A DNA stretch of 63,743 nt, filler included, from Octopus bimaculoides (Eukaryota): the NCBI RefSeq assembly GCF_001194135.2. It is 7 parts of 5 records of this genome, joined end to end, with 100 filler letters (N's around TTAATTAATTAA, not from the genome) between each part and the next. Parts side by side here need not be neighbours in the genome. Positions count along the whole stretch, not along the records: positions 1 to 5,518 come from NC_068983.1; positions 5,619 to 19,015 come from NC_068987.1; 5 more parts are not named here. The stretch is one strand, 5' to 3'. This document shows positions 1 through 11,849 of this stretch, piece after piece (positions within the stretch are counted from its first letter, which is position 1; each line of letters opens with the position of its first letter). A program made the translations under genes and the position numbers. The notes beneath the pieces were generated by a model. The model had not been told where the DNA came from. It did no database searches and saw nothing but the letters and a program-made list of their open reading frames with translations.

Positions 1-169
1 AAAGGTTGTTGGAGTTAGAGATGGTACTGTCAACTGAATTTCACCTCAAAGAGAATGAAAAGTCCCAACATCAACTCAGAACGTTCATTGGACGCAACAG
101 AATACTGCGAAGTAATTGGTTCGTCCGCCGACACCCTACTGTTTCTGTCCCTGTACCACCTTCAATGTG

Positions 170-500
170 TGTGTTTGTGTGCGTGTGTGCGCGCTAGTGT
201 GTGTATGCGTGTGTGCTAGTTTGTGTGTATGCGTGTGTGCTAGTGTGTGTGCATGTGTGTGTGCTTGTGTATGTGCTTGTGTGTGCTTGTGCGTGTGTGT
301 GCGTGTGTGTGCGTGTGTGTGCTTGCGTGTGCGCTTGTGTGTGTACTTGTGTGTGTATGGATGAGTGTGTGCTGCTGTGTGTGCTTGTGTGTGTGCGTGT
401 ATGTATATGTCAGTGTGTGTGAATATGTGTGTGCTTGTGTATGTACCTGTGTGTGTATGTGTGTGGGTGGATGGGTGCTTGTGTGTGTGTGTGTGTGTGT
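170..500. repeat. Degenerate (GT)n/(GTGC)n microsatellite
   Basis: Direct; it explains the Cys/Val-rich pseudo-ORFs at 116-561. Confidence 0.95.
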
Positions 501-1396
501 TTCGTTTTTATTGGCTGTCTTGTATACCGAAATATGGCTGCTGCATGCTGTAAGTGAATGAAGTAGACAACACTCCCCAGATGACTACTTCCAGTTCGTA
601 TCATGTTGCAATGGTGTTCACTTTCAAGGATTGACATACGCGAGCAGTTTATGTCCGACATAGCTTTCTTACTCAATGAAACCACCTAAAATGCTAACAT
701 TGAATTAAAACAGAGAGAAAACGTGAGATATGTCGTGCTGTTTTTGATAAAAAGAAACCCAATATAATATAACAAAAAGCAATAAATAACTCATCTTTTT
801 GCTACGATCTTTCGAAATCATGAATGATTTTGATGATTAAGAAAATAAATAAATAAATGAGACCGTAAATGAATAAATTAGATGAAGGTTTATGTGAATG
901 ATTCATACAGATTAAATCACGCTGTGAAGATGTAAAAATAGATAAGGTGAGGCATTTGTTACAGGATGTCTGAAGCTTGAAGCAAATAAATGTTTCGCAG
1001 TAGCATAGTTAATCGTCAGCTTATCGTTGTTTGAGTAATGTCCTCAATAAGAGGTGGCGGTCAGCCCAGGAAACCATTGAGTTATTGATGAGTCACCGAA
1101 GACTTCCTGTTCGCGTTTGCTATCGTTGATGCTGTCACCGCCGCTGTTGTTGTTGTTGCTTTATTCTAGTTCATCTCTGATCGTGAAGGCTTATGATCGA
1201 AGACAGTCCATAAGAGACATCCATTTTCATATTTATCATTTTTATTTTTTGAGACAATATCTCTAGGTCTATGTTACTCATTGTATATTTTCATTTTTAA
1301 GGTACTAGGGTGTGGTATGAGGGAGATTGCAGAGTAAGTGATTAAGTAGGGGCTCCTTCGTCGGTTCATTCACTTTATTAACTCAACTAACGCCTT

Positions 1397-1629
1397 TTTT
1401 TTTTTTTACTGCCCACAAGGGGCTAGACACAGAGGGGACAAACAAAGACAGACAAACGGATTAAGTCGACTATATCGACCCCAGTGCGTAACTGGTACTT
1501 ATTTAATCGACCCCGAAAGGATGAAAGGCAAAGTCGACCTCGGCAGAATTTGAACTCAGAACGTAGCGGCAGACGAAATACCGCTAAGCAGTTCCTCCGG
1601 CGTGCTAACGTTTCTGCCAGCTCACCGCC
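1397..1629 (-). mobile_element. tRNA-derived SINE, family A, full length with 19-bp target site duplication
   Basis: Minus strand starts GGCGGTGAGCTGGCAGAA, has B-box GAGTTCAAATTC and body GCCTTTCATCCTTTCGGGGTCGAT, and ends in poly(A). TTAACTCAACTAACGCCTT occurs at 1378-1396 and 1631-1649. Confidence 0.9.
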
Positions 1630-2081
1630 TTTAACTCAACTAACGCCTTCATCTTAGACTTAGTAAATATTGGTTATAAATAAGCATCGAAAGGAATGAC
1701 AAGTACTGTNNNNNNNNNNNNNNNNNNNNNNNNNNNNNNNNNNNNNNNNNNNNNNNNNNNNNNNNNNNNNNNNNNNNNNNNNNNNNNNNNNNNNNNNNNN
1801 NNNNNNNNNNNNNNNNNNNNNNNNNNNNNNNNNNNNNNNNNNNNNNNNNNNNNNNNNNNNNNNNNNNNNNNNNNNNNNNNNNNNNNNNNNNNNNNNNNNN
1901 NNNNNNNNNNNNNNNNNNNNNNNNNNNNNNNNNNNNNNNNNNNNNNNNNNNNNNNNNNNNNNNNNNNNNNNNNNNNNNNNNNNNNNNNNNNNNNNNNNNN
2001 NNNNNNNNNNNNNNNNNNNNNNNNNNNNNNNNNNNNNNNNNNNNNNNNNNNNNNNNNNNNNCTATAGCTTCTGGCCGACCA

Positions 2082-2129
2082 AAGCGTTGTGAGTGGATTT
2101 GGTAGACGGAAACTGAAAGAAGCCCGTCG

Positions 2130-2181
<52 letters not shown>

Positions 2182-2409
2182 TGTGCGTATATGTTTGTGT
2201 GTCCGTATTTGTCCCTCCAACATCGCTTGACAACCGATGCTGGTGTGTTTACGTCCCCGTAATCTAGCGGTTCGGCAAAAGAGACAGATAGAATAAGTAC
2301 TAGGCTTATAAAGAATAAATCTTGGGGTCGATTTGCTCGACTAAAGGCGGTGCTCCAGCATGGCCACAGTCAAATGACTGAAACAAGTAAAAGAGTAAAA
2401 GAGAGAGTA
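2082..2409 (+). mobile_element. SINE family B (CORE-like, internal (GT)n), 5' part lost in gap
   Basis: Same sequence as the full copy at 18335-18741; tail GACTGAAACAAGTAAAAGAG. Confidence 0.85.
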
Positions 2410-3574
2410 CCTTTAATAGAGTTCTCTTTGTTGCAAGTGTTCGCATCTGACTCCCGATTTGAAGATAATAAGTTCTTCTCTGTTGACTTTATTCTAAACT
2501 TAACCCTGTCCGACATCTTATAAACATATATCACTCATACTTTTCTCAAACACAAATCTCTTATTCTCTACCTCTAATCCATTTCTTCTACAGACCAGTT
2601 TAAAGAGAATTGTCTATGGTCCTTTAATTTTTCAGGATTCCCACCCCTTACCCGACACTGGTGGGAAGAAGGGAACNNNNNNNNNNNNNNNNNNNNNNNN
2701 NNNNNNNNNNNNNNNNNNNNNNNNNNNNNNNNNNNNNNNNNNNNNNNNNNNNNNNNNNNNNNNNNNNNNNNNNNNNTTTTTCAGGATTCCCACCCCTTAC
2801 CCGACACTGGTGGGAAGAAGGGAACAAGCCGAAGATCTGGCCCCAATACTTACAACAGAGTGAACTCCGTTAAAGGTACCCGAGGACCAAGAGGTAATGC
2901 TTGACTCGGTGACAGTCTACCACCTTAAATACTGGTTTCAAATTTTTGCACAAGGCCGGCAATTTCGTAGGAGAGTGTAAGTCGATTACATCGACCCCAG
3001 TGCTCAACTGGCACTTATTTTATTGACCTCGATAGGTGCTCAATTTCTTTTATCTCTCCTATATTTATATGTCCGTTGATGGTGCAGAGGCCAAACCATT
3101 TGCTATTCTAAACAGTCTTCCTCTGTTAGTTTCCTTCACATACGTGTACCCCTAACCAATGTATTAAAGTAGGACAATATCCAAACATTTAGGCATCTTA
3201 GTTACCTCCAAGCCCAACCTTTTCTTAGTCATCATCACAACCTTAAACCTAACTTATTAGATCATCTAATCACCGCCTAATCAAAGTAAACGCCACAGTT
3301 TTTTATGCATCAACTGCTGACCTCTGTCCCCTCTTGTATTTTATGTCCATTAACTGTTCAGGGGCCTGTTAGTTCTATGTTGGTTATCATTTATAATAAA
3401 CGGGTTTACCTTGTGATCCAACCGAGACAACTAAGTAGGTGACCAATACCATACGATTTCTCCACATCCATGATACAAATAAACCTCACAACCCCTAAGC
3501 TGTCCAAAATACAGCTTTTGGTCCTTCACCCAAACCAAAATGAAAGAAAGAAAATCTTATATCGGCACAAGTAT

Positions 3575-3965
3575 AGTTACATTGGCTAAGAAGTTTGCTT
3601 TGGAGCCATGTAGTTTCGTGTTCAATCCCGTTGTACGGCACCTTAGACAAATTTCTTTCACTGGGCCAACTAAAGACTTGTAAATGAATTTGATAGCAAG
3701 TGTGTGGAAGTCCGCCGTAAATATATGTATATATATATATGTGTTTGTGTGCGTGAGTGTCTGTTTGCGTTTATACACACTACCAATGCTTGACAACCGG
3801 TGTTGGTTTGTTTACGTCCGCGTAGCGTTGGTTCGACAAAGAGATCGGTAGAATAAGTCCCGGACTTAGAAATAAGTACTGGGGACGATTTTCCCCACTA
3901 AACCCTTCAAGTTGGTGCCCCAGCATGGCCGCAATTCAATGGCTGAAACAAGTAAAAGATAAAAG
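3575..3965 (+). mobile_element. SINE family B, decayed
   Basis: Aligns by eye to 18335-18741. Confidence 0.75.
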
Positions 3966-4081
3966 CTTATTTTAGCGCAATCATCCTATCCGCCACTCAT
4001 CAAACAAGATGACTCAGTCAACAGCACTCCTGCTGATAAATCTATCACATTTGCTACCCATTTGGCATCTAACTCTACGTT

Positions 4082-4148
<67 letters not shown>

Positions 4149-4199
4149 TTCGCACGCATACTAATAATAATAATTATTATTATTTTATTAGCCACAAGA

Positions 4200-4486
4200 G
4201 CTCACATATAATAACATTAAAGGACATGCAACAACATAAAAACGGAACGATGCAATGGGTTTTCCGCGTGTAAACAATATAAATAACAATTAAAATTGAA
4301 CAAATTAAAACTCCCAATAGGGGAAGCGCTTTAAGGTCCTCGTCGAAAAACCCAGAAAAGCCACGGGTACCTGATCAACAGGGCAAGATCTCTTCTCCTT
4401 TAATTCTCTTTTTATAGGTGCAACGCTCAGAATTGGTCCTTTCACACTGGCCATTCTTCCAACATTCACCCACCTTTCAACAAACT
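4200..4486 (-). mobile_element. Probable 3' end of an L1/Tx1-clade LINE
   Basis: Minus frame KFVERWVNVGRMASVKGPILSV resembles Tx1 ORF2 C-termini; followed by an AT-rich UTR. Confidence 0.45.
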
Positions 4487-4487
4487 T

Positions 4488-4731
4488 GCTATAATAATTG
4501 GTGCGTTGGGAACAGTAATCTAAGGAATAGACAAATGGCTGAAGGGGATCGAAACAGAATGCTTGGTAGAGCTCCTACAGAAAGTTTGCCTCTTAGGGGC
4601 AGCAAGGATTATCAGGAGGGTTCTAAGCACATGAAAGACTGCCGAAAACGTGTGGCTACCTAAGGTTACACGTAGTAACCCGCAACCTCATAAATCCTAT
4701 CAGAAATAAGACCAAACCTGAGCTTTGTTTC

Positions 4732-4732
<1 letters not shown>
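4488..4732 (+). mobile_element. R4/Dong-type retrotransposon 3' end
   Basis: Frame IIIGALGTVI*GIDKWLKGIETECLVELLQKVCLLGAARIIRRVLST*, then a UTR, then (TAA)n at 4733-4773. Confidence 0.8.
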
Positions 4733-4773
<41 letters not shown>

Positions 4774-5160
4774 CCTTTCTACTAGAGGTACAAGGCCTGA
4801 AATATTAGGAGAGGGGAACAGTCGATTATATCAACCTCAATACGCAACTGGTATTTAGTTTATCAACCCCGAAAGGAATGAAAGGCAAAGTCAACTTCGG
4901 CGGAATTTGAACTCAAAACGTGAAGTCGGACGAAACACCGCCAAGCATTTCGCCCGGCATGCTAACGACTCTGCCATCTCGCCGCCTTAAGCTCAGTGAT
5001 ACATTAATCCTTTCTACCATGGGCGCAAAAAAAAAAATCCCTGGAATTTTGTGGGAGGGAATTGGTCGACTGCATTGACCCCAGTGCTCAACTAGTAGTT
5101 ATTTTATCAACCCCGAAAGGTTGAAATGGGTTGAGTCGATCTCATCGCAATTTGAATTCA
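4774..5160 (-). mobile_element. Two tandem family A SINEs (variant with (TTA)n tail)
   Basis: The ATCAACCCCGAAAGG..GAAA body and GAATTTGAA B-box complement each occur twice. Confidence 0.8.
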
Positions 5161-5618
5161 CCCAGTCTTTCTTCCTCGGAACTGCAATCTTTTCGGTAAA
5201 ACCTTCTGTATTTATAGAATCTATCTCCAGATGAGCCATCTCATTTCACTTATTTTCGAGATCGTACGTGCGATATCTTGGGTGAGGTCAATAATTGATT
5301 AGTCTAGAGAAGGATAGGCTCGGGAATCCAGTCATAGGTTTGCAAATACACTTTTAAGGTTTCATTTTTCAGGATTCCCACCCCTTACCCGACACTGGTG
5401 GGAAGAAGGGAACAAGCCGAAGATCTGGCCCCAATACTTACAACAGAGTGAACTCCGTTAAAGGTACCCGAGGACCAAGAGGTAATGCTTGACTCGGTGA
5501 CAGTCTACCACCTTAAATNNNNNNNNNNNNNNNNNNNNNNNNNNNNNNNNNNNNNNNNNNNNTTAATTAATTAANNNNNNNNNNNNNNNNNNNNNNNNNN
5601 NNNNNNNNNNNNNNNNNN

Positions 5619-5957
5619 GTTGCTGCACCTCTTATGTGTCCATAGCTTGCACCGGGTACATCTTATAGAGTTACTACCTACTCCTTTTCTACATACTGAG
5701 CAGGGCCATCTACCTGAAGGGGTTTGTGTTTTATCTACCTTCCTACTTATTAGGATTTTGGTTTTAGCTAGGTTGACTCTAAGGCCCTTCAATTCTAGAC
5801 CTTGCTTCCACACCTGAAACTTCTCCTCTAGTTCTGATAGTGACTCCGCAATTAGGGCAAGGTCATCAGCATAGAGGAGCTCCCAGGGGCAACCTGTCTT
5901 GAACTCCTCTGTGATTGCCTGGAGGACTATGGTAAATAATAGGGGGCTGAGGACGGA
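5619..5957 (-). mobile_element. RTE-clade LINE reverse transcriptase fragment followed by a PHD-like Cys/His finger; frame intact
   Basis: SVLSPLLF...LLYADDLAL...GLRVNLAKTK (RT motifs), then CSVC...CTRCKLWTHKRC. Runs into a gap. Confidence 0.9.
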
Positions 5958-7545
5958 ATATATATATATATATATAAATTTAACTCCTTTTCTAACATGT
6001 GCATGTGTGGGGGTGTATATATACACATATATAGTGCACATATACATACACATCATCATTAACCTCATTATCATTTAATGTCCATTTTCTATGCTGGTAT
6101 TCGTTGGACAAGTTGACAGGATCCAATGACTGGCAGGATTGTGTCAAACCCCAATGTCAACTCTAGCATGGTTTCTATGGCTGGATGTTCTTCCTAATAC
6201 CAAGCACTTTACAACATGTACTGGGTGCTTTTTTATCATGACACCAGCACTAGTTAGATCACCAAGCAATTTGCAAGACAAAGGAAAACAAAAAAAAAAA
6301 AACCTTCAGCTAAGCAGGAATGTATTTGAGAGACATGAAGTAGCTTCATGCCAAGTGTTTCCTGTATATGAGATAATGATCATCATCATCATTTAATGTC
6401 TGTTTTCCATGTTCACATGGGTTAGATGATTTGCCTGGAACTAGTAAAACAGTGGACTGCACCAGGTACCAGTCTGATTTGGCATGGTTTCTACAGCTAC
6501 AGCTAGATGCCCTTCCTAACCCCAACTACTCTGAGAGTGTAATGGGTGCTTTTTACATACCACTGGCATGGGTGCCATTTACATGACACCAGCAATGGCT
6601 ATGACTACAATTTTACAGATGCCATTTACATGACACTGACAACAGCCATGACTATGATTTCACTTAGCTTGATGAGTCTTCTCAAGCACGGCATATCGCC
6701 AAAGGTCTCAGTCACTAATCATCATCTATTCCAAGATCATGCTTCACCATGTCCCATTTCTTCCTGAGTTTACCTCTTCCACAGGTTTCCTCCACAGTTG
6801 TTCTCATCCATATGCATCACATGACCATACCAGCACATTCGTCTCTCTTGCACACCACATCTGATGCTTCTTATGCCCAATTTTCCTCTCAAGACATTCA
6901 TGCTTCATCATACAACATGTACACACACACATCTATATAGGCACATATCATCACTTTTATCTCTGCCATTCCATGTTTGCAGAATCTTCTCCAACGTACC
7001 AACCCTCCACATATCACAGACCATTGCCATCTCCAGTAATTTCAAGGGAGGAACAAATTGATTACATCCTCTCCAGAGCTCAACAGGTACTTATTTTTTC
7101 AACCCTGAAAGGATGAAAGGTAAAGTTAACCTCGGCAGCATTTGAACTAAGAATGTAAGACAGATGAAATACCGCTAAGCATTTACCCTAGCATGCTAAA
7201 CGATTCTGCTGGTTCGCTGTCTTACATTAATGTAAAATATTAAATATTCCTTTCAATCTATAAAGCAAAAATACAACTGAAAGATACTCCTTATGTAACC
7301 AAACATTGCTGTTTCATTCCTTGACTTATACATTTAGGAGAAGCAACTGGCTTACTGTATCAATGTAGATATGTAAATATGTAATTTAACAAAGAGAGAA
7401 ACAGCTGTATATCTTTACATCATTAGACACAAACACAAACAAAGGTAAACTCATACACACATACAAACACACACACATTTTCTTTTTGTTGACCAAATTT
7501 TTGCTTCACAAAGTTGTGATCAAGAAAACTGGATATTTATTACAG

Positions 7546-8069
7546 TCAAATGTGCTGTGCGTGAGAAGACCCGGCAAGCCAAGTAAGATCGTTGCCAGTG
7601 CCCCTGGACTGGTTCTTGTGCGGGTGGCACATGAGATGCACCATTTTGAGCGTGGCCGTTGCCAGTACCGCCTGACTGGCTCCCGTAGGATTTTCGAGCG
7701 AGATCGTTGCCAGTGCCCCTGGACTGGCTTGTGCGGGTGGCACATAAAAGACACCATTTCAAGCGTGGCCGTTTTCGTGCGGGNNNNNNNNNNNNNNNNN
7801 NNNNNNNNNNNNNNNNNNNNNNNNNNNNNNNNNNNNNNNNNNNNNNNNNNNNNNNNNNNNNNNNNNNNNNNNNNNNNNNNNNNNNNNNNNNNNNNNNNNN
7901 NNNNNNNNNNNNNNNNNAGGAAGGGCATCCAGCTGTAGAAACTCTGCCAAATTAGACTGGAGCCTGGTGTTGCCATCCGGTTTCACCAGTCCTCAGTCAA
8001 ATCGTCCAACCCATGCTAGCATGGAAAGCGGACGTTAAACGATGATGATGATGATGATGATGATGATGA
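7546..8069 (+). mobile_element. SINE family D (RTE-like 3' tail ending (GAT)n), spans a gap
   Basis: Tail GAAGGGCATCCAGCTGTAGAAAC...CATGCTAGCATGGAAAGCGGACGTTAAACGATGATG; internal short repeats at 7590-7740. Confidence 0.8.
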
Positions 8070-8109
8070 AATAAACAAAATACAAAGTAAATGAGTTAAA
8101 TATACTGAC

Positions 8110-8169
8110 CTGTACAGATGACCCTGGTATTTTAGTTGCTTTTTAAAATTTTCTTTCATAGATGCATAA
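8110..8169 (-). CDS. Candidate 60-bp internal exon of an unidentified gene
   Basis: Acceptor t13-gtag and donor CAG|gtcagt. The single open frame (phase 2-2) reads YASMKENFKKQLKYQGHLY. No family recognised. Confidence 0.35.
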
Positions 8170-9204
8170 CTACAAAAAAAAAAAAAATACAATAATATTA
8201 ATTATCATCACCATCATCAATTAATATCTGTCTTCCATGCTGGCATGGGTTGGATGGTTTGACAGAACTGGCCAGGCAGAAGACTGCACCAAGCTTTTCC
8301 TAACGCCCTTCCACTTTACAGAGTGGACTGGGTACTTTGTACATGGTACCTGGTGAGGTCTGTTTTGGCATGGTTTCCAAGGCTGGATGCCCTTCCTAAC
8401 ATCAACCACTTTACAGAGTTGGCTGGCTGGTGGTAATATTAATTTCTTACACTGGCACAAAGTCACAAATTTCTTTATGCAAGAAGAACAAATTAAATTG
8501 AAATCAATTTTCAGTATATTACTGGTACTTATTTTATCAACCATAACAGGATGAATGATGAAATCAACATCAGTAGCTTTTGATCTCTGAATACAAAATT
8601 TGTGACTAAATACCGCATTACATTTCATCAGGCACTTTGTAGATTCTTCTATCTACCCTCCTGCAATAATAACATAAATAGTAATTTTTAGCATAGACAC
8701 AAGGCTATGTATTTATCAGGAAGATTAAATCAACCCTAATATTTGACTGGTAAATCATTTTTATCATCCCTGAAAAAAATAAAAGACAAAGCTGGCAAAA
8801 TTGTCAGCACATCAGATGAAATGCTTAGCAGCAATTTGTCCAATTTTACGTTTTGTGTTCAAATGTCTCCAAGTTTGACTTTCATTTTGTCTGGTTTGGG
8901 ACTTGAACTCTCAATGTAAATGAAATACTGCAAGGCATTTTGTCTGATTCTCTGATGATTCTGTCAAGCCACTATTTATTACATTGACACAGAGCTAAAC
9001 ATCTACATGAAACAGATATAGTCATTTGAGACACGTAACTATTTTATTGTACTTATTCTATCAAGCCAAGAGATTGGAAAATAAAATAAAGTTGATCCCG
9101 GCAAGATTTGAACTCAGAATGAAAACAGTACAGGTTTTTTGACTAATCTTTGATTCATGTTTGCCATTCACTACTTGAATGATAATAACAACAACAACAA
9201 TAGT

Positions 9205-9606
9205 CAATCATTTTAGGGAAGTGGGTATGTTGATTAAACTGACCCCAGGGCTCAACTGGTCCTTATTTCAATGATCCTGAAAGGATGAAAGGCAAAATCA
9301 ACCTCAGCAATATTTGAACCGAGAAGCTAAAGACAGAAGAAATATCACTAAGCGACGCACTAATGATTCTACCAGCTCACTAACTTAATAATAATAATCT
9401 TTCCTATTATAGGCACAAGGCCTGAAATTCGGAGAGAGGGGCTAGTTGATTACATCGAGCCTGGTGCTTAACTAGTATTTATTTCATCAACCCCAAAAAG
9501 ATGAAAGGCAGTCAGAAAGTAGAGATGGACAACATGCCACTAAACATTTTGTCTGGTATGCTAACAATTCTGCCATCTCAATGCCAAAATAATAATAATA
9601 ATAATG

Positions 9607-9656
<50 letters not shown>

Positions 9657-9872
9657 CCTTTCTGCTATAGGCACAAGGCCTGAAACTTTGGAGGGTGGGA
9701 AAAGTCAATCAAATCAACCCCAGTGCTCAACTGGTCCTTATTTTATTGACCCTGAAAGGATAAAAGGCAAAGCCAACCCCAGCAGAATTTGATTTCAGAA
9801 CCTAAAGGACAGATGAAATGCCAGGAAGCATTTCGCCCAGCTTGCTGACAATTTTGCCAGCTCACCATCTTA
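9205..9872 (-). mobile_element. Chain of three family A SINEs with (TAA)n tails
   Basis: Body motif repeated at about 9205-9390, 9400-9590 and 9657-9872; (AAT)n at 9587-9656. Confidence 0.8.
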
Positions 9873-11305
9873 AATTAGAATGATGATGTTGATTCCTTTA
9901 TTTAATGAAGGCAATTAAATAAAGAACAAACCAATACAAATATACAAATGAACATATACAGAGCTATGAATTTCAAAGAAGCATATGTTGATAAAACAGA
10001 TCTAGTATCTGATAGACACTTTCATTAAGAAGTAATATTAAAAGTGGGTGGTAGGTGAGTAATCTTAATATATAAAAGCAATCGTTACATTGTCACAACA
10101 GCCATTTAAAACAGCTTTTACTTTGTGACCGTTTTGTATGCTACAAACTAGAAGAAATGTAGACATGGCATAAAGTGCAGATATGGCAGTGTGGTTAAGA
10201 AACTTGCTGCCCAACCACATGGTTTCAGCTTCGGTCCCAATCAGTGGTACTTAAGTGTCGTCTGCTATAGCTCCAAGTTGACCAAAACCTTGCCAATGGA
10301 CTTGGTAGACAGAAACTAAAAGAATCCCATTGTGTATGTGCGTGTGTGCATGCATGCATGCAAGTGCATGTGTGTGTGTGTGTGTGTGTGTGCATCCATG
10401 GGTGTGTGTGTTTATGTCACCTAGTGTTGACATTGCACAATAGTTGTTAACAAGTGTCACCCTCATAGAAGTGGTGTCATCCATTCCCTATTTCCCTCAA
10501 AAACATATATTGTCATGGGGAAATATTACCTTACTTGGAAACATAGGAGTCAGTGACAGGAACAACATTTGGCTACAGAAAATCTGCCTCAGCAAAATTC
10601 CATCTGATTAGACATTAAAGCAGTGGGGGGGGGGGAGATTCTAAGATAGAATTCCTTCAATTCAAAGACAGCTATTGGTCAGTTTTCTAAAGACTATGAA
10701 AGAGAAGTGTTTTCTTGATCTAATTTTTTGAATTAAATGAGTTTTTTTTTTGCGTGTGTGTGTTTAAAGAAATAATATTTTAGGTAGTTGATGTTGTACT
10801 TGGTTACCTACAATCCAGTAACTGACATGTAATAGGAGTATTCTGTCTGCCACATGGCCAGGTACCATTTCAAAACAACAGCCAACAGCCAAAGATTGAT
10901 CATAGTAATAGTCAACAACAATGATGTACAAATTTGTACATCATCTTGTTCATGATTCAGAATGAAGTTCATTTCTTCCCCATTATTTAATTATATAAAT
11001 GTTGTTATCTTGTTTATTCACCAATTCATTTTCTTACCCTCCCCACCCCCACTCCTTTCTGATAGTAAGATATCCTTGTATCCCCGAAGAAGAAAAGACA
11101 ATGGGATGAGAAAAAGAAAATTAGTTGAGTTGAACAGGTTCAGCTTGCAGAACTAACAAATAAACATGTCTATTTATGTATTTGCTGCATTTCATTTAAT
11201 CAATTTCTTAATATCCATTTTAAAGTCAACTATACACAAATTAGAAGAAAATAACTTTGATTTAAATATACAATAAAGATCTCAATATAATAATCATCCT
11301 TGAAG

Positions 11306-11344
11306 CTATGCTGATGAGGTATACATATCAAAACATGTCTGCAG
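11306..11344 (+). ncRNA. Degenerate minimal hammerhead ribozyme-like motif
   Basis: CTATG CTGATGA GGTATACATATC AAAA CATG TC TGCAG. GAAA appears as AAAA; stem I is imperfect. Confidence 0.35.
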
Positions 11345-11849
11345 ATAATAGAAAGAATCCTTTCCATACACACAATCTAATAGAATTTCACTTTGAGTGC
11401 ATTAATTACTTATATCCTTGAAGAGGAAAAGAGAGTGGAAGATAACTATAGTACTCAGCTACCGGAATGGAATAAAGAGTAAGGAAATGACGTGATGAGC
11501 GAATGATACAATACTTTGCTAATTACTTAATAACTTCCGTCATTACGTATGGAACTGATTAACCCTTCTGCTATATTTTTGTTGGAATGCACTACTTTTG
11601 TCCTTATTGGTTTTAAGTTTTAGCACAAGGCCAGTAATTTTGGAGAGGGGGGGGGTAAGTTGATTACATCGACCACAGTGTTAAAACTGGTACTTATTTT
11701 ATCAACCCCAAAAGGAGGAAAAGCAAAGCCGACCTCAGTGGAATTTGAACCTAGAATGCAAAGACAAGCAAAATTGCCACTAAGCATTTTGCCTGGCTTG
11801 CTAACATTTCTGCCAGCTCACTGTTTTTACTTTTGTCATTATTAAAGCT

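Noticed and set aside
116-561. Cys/Val-, His/Thr-, Tyr/Ile-, poly-Ile, poly-Asn and poly-X ORFs throughout the track
   Set aside because: Translations of microsatellites and N gaps.
410-685. Minus-strand ORF with a good acceptor near 686, and possible 13- or 21-bp micro-exons
   Set aside because: No recognisable protein; competing splice signals on both strands; not supportable.
5519-5618. TTAATTAATTAA between two N runs, repeated at about 19060, 21345, 52443, 55406 and 62462
   Set aside because: An identical 12-mer centred in 100-bp gaps, with stops in all six frames: an artificial scaffolding spacer, not biology.
7270-7420. CTGAAAGA...GAAACAGCTGTA hammerhead-like words
   Set aside because: Core has an extra base and spacing and stems are inconsistent; at most a very decayed PLE end.
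8622-8660. Apparent 39-bp exon RVDRRIYKVPDE in phase with 8110-8169
   Set aside because: Aligns base by base to the decayed head of a family A SINE.
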